Positions 58,500 through 64,000 of a stretch of 64,000 bases of DNA are shown in pieces. Below the pieces are notes generated by a model. That model saw only the letters and a list, made by a program, of their open reading frames with translations, searched no databases and was not told where the DNA came from. Each line of letters opens with the position of its first letter. Position 1 is the stretch's first letter. The translations under genes were made by a program, and so were the position numbers. Source of the stretch: Candidatus Hydrogenedentota bacterium (lineage in GTDB: Bacteria > Hydrogenedentota > Hydrogenedentia > Hydrogenedentales > SLHB01); contig CAXXYE010000011.1 of assembly GCA_963674865.2 (NCBI GenBank), forward strand, positions 256,001 through 320,000, given 5' to 3'.

Positions 58500-60560
58500 T
58501 CAGGCAAGTCCCATCAATCCGGCGAGGCGCGGTATGTGTTCGCCTGCGCGACTGCGCCCGGCAAGATCCCAGAGCGATAGGCCCAGCCGGCGCATAGCGA
58601 ACACGGCTGGGATCCAGCCCATCGTCCAGCCGGCCTCGATGCACCAAGCGCCCCATCCCAAGTCTGCCGAACTGCCCCAGAATTCCCAACGACTGTAGTC
58701 GAACGCCCTGAACCACCCGCCATCGAGGTAGGGATGCGCGTCCGATCGAACCTGGATGCGGCACAGAAACTCGGCTAACTTGTTCTCAGCGGCGCGAAGC
58801 CGGGCGTCGTTTGTCGCGGCGGCGGCCTCGTGCAGGCCGAGGAAAGCGAAGTTGCTTGTGTACAGCAAGTCGCAGACGGGATCGCCATCCTCCTGAATCA
58901 GGGGCGCCTCACGTGAACCGTACTCCTCGTTGGAGGCGAGTGGGGGATACTTGCCCGTCCCCGGTGGGCCGAGACGCTCCCGTAGGGCGCCGCAGGACTC
59001 TTGTTGGGCGAGCAAATCATCTGCGATACGCGCCAACCAGGCCCTGGTTTGCCCGGTATCCTCGACGCGCACCAGCCACGAGAGGCAGAGCAGCATCCGC
59101 GCCTGTTCCTGCAGGAAGCCGTTTGTCCACCGCCACCCGTCCGGATACGCATCCATGGTGGCGCGAATTGCCTCACGGGCACGCTGTACGAAGAGGTCGA
59201 GCCCGCTGAGTCGCCAGGCAAGTAGATAGCACGCCCAGAGATAGGACTCGTAGTGAGGTGCGGGATTGATGATGTCGCGCTCATGGTAGTGCCGCCACCC
59301 ATGGCGTGCCAACTCGTCAATATCAATGCGATTACCCCGAAAGCCATGGATGCCCGTGGTGCGCAAGTTCGCCAGCAGCGCCTTGGCAACGCCCTCATCC
59401 CATCGTCTTGAACCGAGCAGCGCGCCCGCGGCCAGTATGGCCAGTATGGCCCGGGCGTTATCGTCGCCGTAGGTGGCCTTCTCCCAGGCGGGCGTAGTGA
59501 CGCCCCAAGCCATCAGGCCGAACGCGGGATGTTCCGGGTCGGCACGCTCGGCTTGCTGAATGCGGGAATCGAAACAGACGAAATCGAGCAAATTAGCGGC
59601 CATTACGCCGGTTCCGGGAAGCGACTCCGTTGCAGCGGCGAAGGCCAGAGCCATCGCACTCTCACTGTTGCAGTCGCAGCGAACGGGCAAGCGCCGAGGT
59701 TGGCTGCCATCGGCCTGGATATTGGCCGCGTATCCTTCGAGAATGCCAAGACGGCCGTTGCCAAGCGGCTCTGAGGGGCTTGGCGCCCGACACACTTCCT
59801 TACCGTCAGCAACGAGGCCGGCCAAGGTGCGTGTCCGCGAGGAATGGACGAGCAGTCTAGAACGAATGTGCCATCGTGCTGCACGCTGTAGGGCCTTTTC
59901 CTCGCAATCCGCGGCAAGAAGCTCTTCACGCCCGTACGCGGCGTTGACGGACGGTGTCCAGAGAAGCGCCGGAACGGGAAGGCCCGGGCATAACCAATGG
60001 AGAATACGCTGCCACAAAGCGCGCCACGCCTCAACGGGCGCGTACCTTCCCGTAACGAAATGACTGAGCTTCGTGGCGGCAAGAAGCCGCCCCCCTGCGG
60101 GCTCTCCATAGAGGACGGGCCACGAATCGACTGGCAGGCCGAACATGGCACGCTCGAAGCCCGCGACCTTTCCCAGCACAAGGTGGGAGGGAGGAGGGGC
60201 CTTGTATGGCATGATAACGCAGCGGCAGTCATGAATCGACAGAATGCGCCCCGCGGATAGCCCCTTGCCGAAGAAATCCGACGCCACAACGAGCCGCCGG
60301 TGCCCGCTTTCCCGTATTTCACACCCCGGCTCGCCCAAGAACTCGCCAAAAACACGAATACCTTTGGCTGAAATGGCTTCCCAATCCTGTGAACGAACCA
60401 CAACCGGAGCATCGGGATAGGTGTCGGCCAGGATTAGAAGGCCATCGCTTGCTTCGGCGAAGGACAGTGCTTCTTGAATGCTGTCGGCACGCTGTCTGGA
60501 CTCCGCCGGAAGAAGGCCGTAAAGGTCGTTGTCCTCAACGCAGCAACATATCCATTTCAT
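58500..60560 (-). CDS. Hypothetical protein, probable (alpha/alpha)6-barrel glycan-active enzyme
   Basis: 686-aa ORF with motifs RCDCNSE, YGDDNAR, PHYE, LYTSNFA, GGWFRAFD, GWGAWCIEAGW. Fold is inferred. Confidence 0.7.
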   Translation of the reverse strand: MKWICCCVEDNDLYGLLPAESRQRADSIQEALSFAEASDGLLILADTYPDAPVVVRSQDWEAISAKGIRVFGEFLGEPGCEIRESGHRRLVVASDFFGKGLSAGRILSIHDCRCVIMPYKAPPPSHLVLGKVAGFERAMFGLPVDSWPVLYGEPAGGRLLAATKLSHFVTGRYAPVEAWRALWQRILHWLCPGLPVPALLWTPSVNAAYGREELLAADCEEKALQRAARWHIRSRLLVHSSRTRTLAGLVADGKEVCRAPSPSEPLGNGRLGILEGYAANIQADGSQPRRLPVRCDCNSESAMALAFAAATESLPGTGVMAANLLDFVCFDSRIQQAERADPEHPAFGLMAWGVTTPAWEKATYGDDNARAILAILAAGALLGSRRWDEGVAKALLANLRTTGIHGFRGNRIDIDELARHGWRHYHERDIINPAPHYESYLWACYLLAWRLSGLDLFVQRAREAIRATMDAYPDGWRWTNGFLQEQARMLLCLSWLVRVEDTGQTRAWLARIADDLLAQQESCGALRERLGPPGTGKYPPLASNEEYGSREAPLIQEDGDPVCDLLYTSNFAFLGLHEAAAATNDARLRAAENKLAEFLCRIQVRSDAHPYLDGGWFRAFDYSRWEFWGSSADLGWGAWCIEAGWTMGWIPAVFAMRRLGLSLWDLAGRSRAGEHIPRLAGLMGLA

Positions 60561-60627
60561 GCCGCAAACCCACCTCTCTGCCCGCGCGCCTTGCCAAGTT
60601 GCGCTCCAAGGGACACTCAAGGCGTGT

Positions 60628-60891
60628 CTACGCCTCTTGCTTCTCCTCAGTGCCTTCAGAGGCCCGCTCCTCGAGGAACGCCCTGGCTGCTTCCTCAGAG
60701 GAGCGAGGCACAAGGATCTGCACCTCGCCCAAGCCGTCTGTAATTATTGGCAAGACCGTGTGCGCTATATCCGAATTCGCCCGGCCCCGAATGCCGTGTG
60801 CCGCGAGAAACGACAGAATTACCTCCGCCTCACCATCGCGCCAGCAACTGTGAACCGGTACAAATACATCGCCTGAAGCCTCTTCTGCCAT
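60628..60891 (-). CDS. DUF2007 (putative signal-transducing) domain protein
   Basis: EAEVI.S.L..HGI ... GEV.ILVP....E.AR..L pattern. Confidence 0.8.
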   Translation of the reverse strand: MAEEASGDVFVPVHSCWRDGEAEVILSFLAAHGIRGRANSDIAHTVLPIITDGLGEVQILVPRSSEEAARAFLEERASEGTEEKQEA

Positions 60892-61014
60892 ATCGAAGAC
60901 CTCGCAGGTTGATGTTGTCTAACTGGTATCGTTACCTGAGGCTATTGTAAGCCATTCCGGAGCACCGGCCAACCCCGCCTCGAAACATGGCGAGAACGCC
61001 TCCATAAACGGCCG

Positions 61015-61043
61015 TTGACAAGGTGGGGGAGGGGTGATAGAAT
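61015..61043 (+). promoter_or_regulatory. sigma70 promoter of tRNA-Gly
   Basis: TTGACA-N17-TAGAAT with extended -10 TGn, 13 nt before the tRNA. Confidence 0.85.
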
Positions 61044-61056
61044 GCTGACCACCGGA

Positions 61057-61132
61057 GCGGGACTAACTCAGTTGGTAGAGTGCCAGCTTCCCAAGCTGGA
61101 TGTCGCGGGTTCGAACCCCGTGTCCCGCTCCA
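61057..61132 (+). tRNA. tRNA-Gly (anticodon CCC)
   Basis: 76 nt. Acceptor GCGGGAC/GTCCCGC, D-arm ACTC-AGTTGGTA-GAGT, anticodon arm CCAGC-TTCCCAA-GCTGG, T-arm GCGGG-TTCGAAC-CCCGT, U73 discriminator, encoded CCA. Confidence 0.98.
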
Positions 61133-61532
61133 TTCTTGTGTCTACCCCTTGCCTCAAAGTCCCGCCATTTCCGCCGTTTCATTTTGATTCCAGCGGCCCA
61201 ATCAGAACCTAAAACGTTTCTTTTTGAGATCTGAAATATGAAATCCTCCAGCCTTCTTCATTCCTGAACGCCTTGCGGAAACCACTGAAAATCCGACCAA
61301 CACAAGATCGTTAATATGGTGCATCAGGGACGAAAGTAACGTGAAATGAGAGGGTTATCACTAAGAGTTAAGGCGTCGAATTAGGTCAACATATGACAAG
61401 CTTCAGGTTGTGGCTCTCAAGAGGGCTTGCGCTTGGGTGGGGTGAGCCTGTCTCAATACCCCAATAGGCGCCCAAGTGAGGGAGGTGCGCCGGCCATCCC
61501 CCGGAGGCGAAGCGTGAGTATATCCGACTCGG

Positions 61533-61560
61533 ATAAAACATAATATATATTATCGGACGC
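61533..61560 (-). other. dif-like XerC/XerD recombination site (28 bp)
   Basis: Minus strand GCGTCCGATAA-TATATA-TTATGTTTTAT versus E. coli dif GGTGCGCATAA-TGTATA-TTATGTTAAAT: XerD arm 9/11, spacer 5/6, inner ATAA/TTAT intact. Confidence 0.8.
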
Positions 61561-61615
61561 TCTACGTGTAGGCCTGGCGAGGAGGGCTTTGCGTTTTCTC
61601 TGGCGCAGCTTGGCC

Positions 61616-61918
61616 CTAGGAAGGCGCTGTAAGGTCTTCTAGGAGGTCTTGGAGGCTTTGCTGGATCCTGGCGAGGGCTACGAGGATATCTTTCGTGTCT
61701 TCCTGAGCGGCGGCCTGCTCGTCCGCGAGGGCGGCTGCGAAGGATACGGCTGTGAGCAAGGCGAAGGCTTGAGTGTCAATACGGTCGCTGGATGCCTCAA
61801 TCTCGCGGAAGCGGTTGGTCACCTGCTCGACAATCTCGGATGTGGCGGCGGCGTCGCCATAGATGGGGACGTGAAGGGTTGTTCCGGCGACCTTGATGAG
61901 GATTGTTTCTTTGGTCAT
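61616..61918 (-). CDS. zapA: Cell division protein ZapA
   Basis: I.VAG beta-strands, ...V..R..EI...S..IDT...ALL.A, C-terminal coiled coil. Sits downstream of pheT. Confidence 0.78.
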   Translation of the reverse strand: MTKETILIKVAGTTLHVPIYGDAAATSEIVEQVTNRFREIEASSDRIDTQAFALLTAVSFAAALADEQAAAQEDTKDILVALARIQQSLQDLLEDLTAPS

Positions 61919-62211
61919 GGGCGGAACTCGGCTTTGAGGGCCTTTATGGCGTGCAGGAGGTTTTCGAGTGCGTGGCGGGCGTCGTGTAGGCGCTTGAGAT
62001 CTTGCTGGTGTTGTTCCTGGAGGTGGTCGGCGAGGTCGGCGTTTCGGCGGAGCGTGGCGAGTTCCTTGCTTTGGCGCCAGGTGTCCTGAAGGAGTTTATC
62101 GCGGTGCTGAGTCTGCTCGTCGGTTTGGTGGCGGGCTTCGGCGGCGGCGTCGCGGATATCGTGAATGGCAAGGTTGATTTGTTGAAGTTGCTTTCGGACG
62201 AGTGGATTCAC
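61915..62211 (-). CDS. Coiled-coil protein (ZapB-like by position)
   Basis: 98-aa heptad-rich ORF with 4-nt overlaps to pheT and zapA. Confidence 0.65.
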   Translation of the reverse strand: MNPLVRKQLQQINLAIHDIRDAAAEARHQTDEQTQHRDKLLQDTWRQSKELATLRRNADLADHLQEQHQQDLKRLHDARHALENLLHAIKALKAEFRP

Positions 62212-64000
62212 CGGAGGGTGGCTCCGAAGTTGCTTTCGAGGGTGCGGAGTATTTTCTTGCAGAGCTTGTCGGTGTTCTTGTCGGTGAGGGTTTTGTCGGG
62301 GGCCTGGAAGACCAAGGACAAGGCGATGCTCTTTTTCCCGTCGGGGACCTGTTTACCCGTATAGACGTCGAAAATGTCGACAGCCGTGAGGAGCTTGCCG
62401 CCGGTGGAGTGCGCGGCTTCGACGAGGTCGCCGGCGGGTGTGTCGGCGTCGACTACGAGGGCCAAGTCGCGGAGGGACGGCGGGAAAGGGGCGATGGGCT
62501 GGTACTGATGGACGGACGGGGTGCCCTCTAGGGCGGGGTCCAGGCAGAGATTAAGAACATAGGCCGGGCGGTCGAGCTCGTAGGCGTTGAGGGTGGCGTT
62601 CGCCACCTCCCCGAGATGACCTAAGTGTTGGCCGGATAATAGGATAGCTGCACATTGGCCTGGGGCGTAAGGGGAGATATCGGCCGTTTCGAGCGCCAGT
62701 GGTAGACCGAGGAAATCGGTGATCGCCTCGGCGAGCCCTTTAAGATCGTAGAGGTCAGCCGGGTGCGGTGGACGGCTCCAGTGCTTCGGGGTGTAGGCGC
62801 CCGAAAGGACGATGGCCAGATGGGCTGTCTGGGAAGGCAACGTGTTGTCAGATGCAGGGGTATATACGGGACCAAGTTCAAAGGCGGCGATGTCGTGGGA
62901 GCCGTAACGGGCGTTGCGTGAGACAGCGGCCAGGACGCCGGGCACGAGGGATGAGCGCATGGCCTCATGGTTTTCGCTGAGGGGATTCTGAAGGGAGACC
63001 ATGTCCAGATACGAATCAGGCAGGCCAGCGCGCTTAACCTCTGCGCGCGAGCTGAAGGTCCAGCTGAATAGCTCGGTGAGGCCTTGCGCAACGAGGAAGG
63101 CACGGAGGTCGTTGAGGCGCTTCTCGCCCGGGGCGAAGTCCTGTTCGGAGCGGCGGGCCTGAGGGACTGTAACGGCAATGTTGTCATAACCATAGAAGCG
63201 AGCCACCTCCTCGATGAGGTCGGCTTCCTGAGAGACATCGTGGCGCCAGGAAGGGGGCTGGACGGTAATGCTGGTGTCGTCTTCCAATACAAGGTCGAAG
63301 CCCAGGCCCGTGACGACGCGCTTCTGCGTTTGCGCGGGGACTTCGGTTCCCAGGAGAAGGCCGGTCCTTTCATAGCGGAGTTTGACCTGATTAGGGGTCG
63401 GCGGGTTGGGATATTCGTCCAAGATACCGTCGGCAATCTCAGCGCCGGCAAGTTCTTGCATTAGAGTTGCCGCCCGGTTGGCCGCGTAGAGGGCCATGTC
63501 GATGTCAGCGCCGCGCTGGAAACGGGCCGAGGCCTCTGTCTGCATGCCGAGAGCGCGGGCGGTGCGGCGAATGGAGCGTGGGTCGAAGTAGGCGCTTTCG
63601 AGGAAGATGTTGGTGGTGTTCTCCCCCACTTCACTGGCTGCGCCTCCCATAACGCCGGCAACGGCAACCGGGGCGGAAGCATCGGCAATGACAAGCATAT
63701 CTGGATCAAGCCGGCGAACTTGTTCGTCAAGTGTTTCGAGTGTTTCGCCATGTTTCGCATTTCGCACAACAATCCGGTTCTCAGATAACTTCGCCAGGTC
63801 GAAGGCATGGAGTGGATGTCCTGTCTCCATAAGGACATAGTTCGTTATATCGACCACGTTGTTGATGGGCCGTTGCCCTGCCGCGATGAGCCGTCGACAA
63901 AGCCAAGCCGGCGATGGCGCGATCTTGACGTTGGTAAGGACCCTGCCGATGTAGCGTGGGCAGAGGTCGGCATTCTCAATGGTGACCGAGGAGAGATCGG
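62208..64000 (-). CDS. pheT: Phenylalanine-tRNA ligase beta subunit (5' end outside window)
   Basis: INNVVDITNYVLMETGHPLHAFD, LESAYF, TEASARF.RG, PSWRHD, DLIEEVAR.YGY, NPLS, RDLA, FDVY.G, KSIA, TLTD. Confidence 0.98.
   Translation of the reverse strand, partial: DLSSVTIENADLCPRYIGRVLTNVKIAPSPAWLCRRLIAAGQRPINNVVDITNYVLMETGHPLHAFDLAKLSENRIVVRNAKHGETLETLDEQVRRLDPDMLVIADASAPVAVAGVMGGAASEVGENTTNIFLESAYFDPRSIRRTARALGMQTEASARFQRGADIDMALYAANRAATLMQELAGAEIADGILDEYPNPPTPNQVKLRYERTGLLLGTEVPAQTQKRVVTGLGFDLVLEDDTSITVQPPSWRHDVSQEADLIEEVARFYGYDNIAVTVPQARRSEQDFAPGEKRLNDLRAFLVAQGLTELFSWTFSSRAEVKRAGLPDSYLDMVSLQNPLSENHEAMRSSLVPGVLAAVSRNARYGSHDIAAFELGPVYTPASDNTLPSQTAHLAIVLSGAYTPKHWSRPPHPADLYDLKGLAEAITDFLGLPLALETADISPYAPGQCAAILLSGQHLGHLGEVANATLNAYELDRPAYVLNLCLDPALEGTPSVHQYQPIAPFPPSLRDLALVVDADTPAGDLVEAAHSTGGKLLTAVDIFDVYTGKQVPDGKKSIALSLVFQAPDKTLTDKNTDKLCKKILRTLESNFGATLR

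Noticed and set aside
58381..58764. Long N-terminal extensions in the ORF track (also 2655, 17826, 20515, 30395, 37199, 38651, 42925, 48870, 60713)
   Set aside because: Downstream starts mostly have RBSs and restore signal peptides or family N-termini; several of the extensions overlap neighbouring genes.
61320..61615. 6S RNA (ssrS) annotation downstream of zapA
   Set aside because: Position fits, but I could not find the long closing stem and central bubble consensus, so it is not called as a feature.
1..64000. CRISPR array, rRNA, integrase or transposase
   Set aside because: No regularly spaced repeats, rRNA-like stretch or recombinase/transposase motifs were seen.

Overview
GC-rich bacterial chromosomal window of about 45 genes. 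The gene style (very long secretin, FG-GAP/DUF4091 and beta-helix surface proteins, many URO-D-like genes) suggests a Hydrogenedentota/PVC-like anaerobe; this is inference only. From left to right it holds: a 5'-truncated type II secretin; secreted glycan-active proteins; an operon of three small mutually paralogous membrane proteins coupled to an FGE-sulfatase/BNR protein; a lower-GC islet with a stand-alone CHAT (caspase-like) protease; a corrinoid methyl-transfer cluster (3 URO-D/MtaA-like genes, corrinoid protein, pterin-binding MT) next to pta-ackA; a PL10 lyase and an NRAMP-like permease; pcm-yggT-thpR-nnrE; three tandem DUF4139 paralogs differing mainly in one swapped segment; a GH, a serine hydrolase and a PL22-like lyase; a YchF-like/DHH/amidohydrolase operon; a decayed region (metalloprotease tail, ECF sigma pseudogene, Fis-HTH remnant); a giant beta-helix/RTX protein; GH4 and PHP genes; two FG-GAP/DUF4091 paralogs; tRNA-Gly(CCC); a 28-bp dif-like XerCD site; and zapA, a zapB-like gene and partial pheT. 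No CRISPR array, rRNA, integrase or transposase was seen. The best leads are the W-x3-[ED] membrane-protein trio (9950-11224), the dif-like site (61533-61560), the DUF4139 variable-cassette array, the CHAT islet and the corrinoid cluster with its structured leader. All family calls come from reading motifs by eye; no database searches were run.
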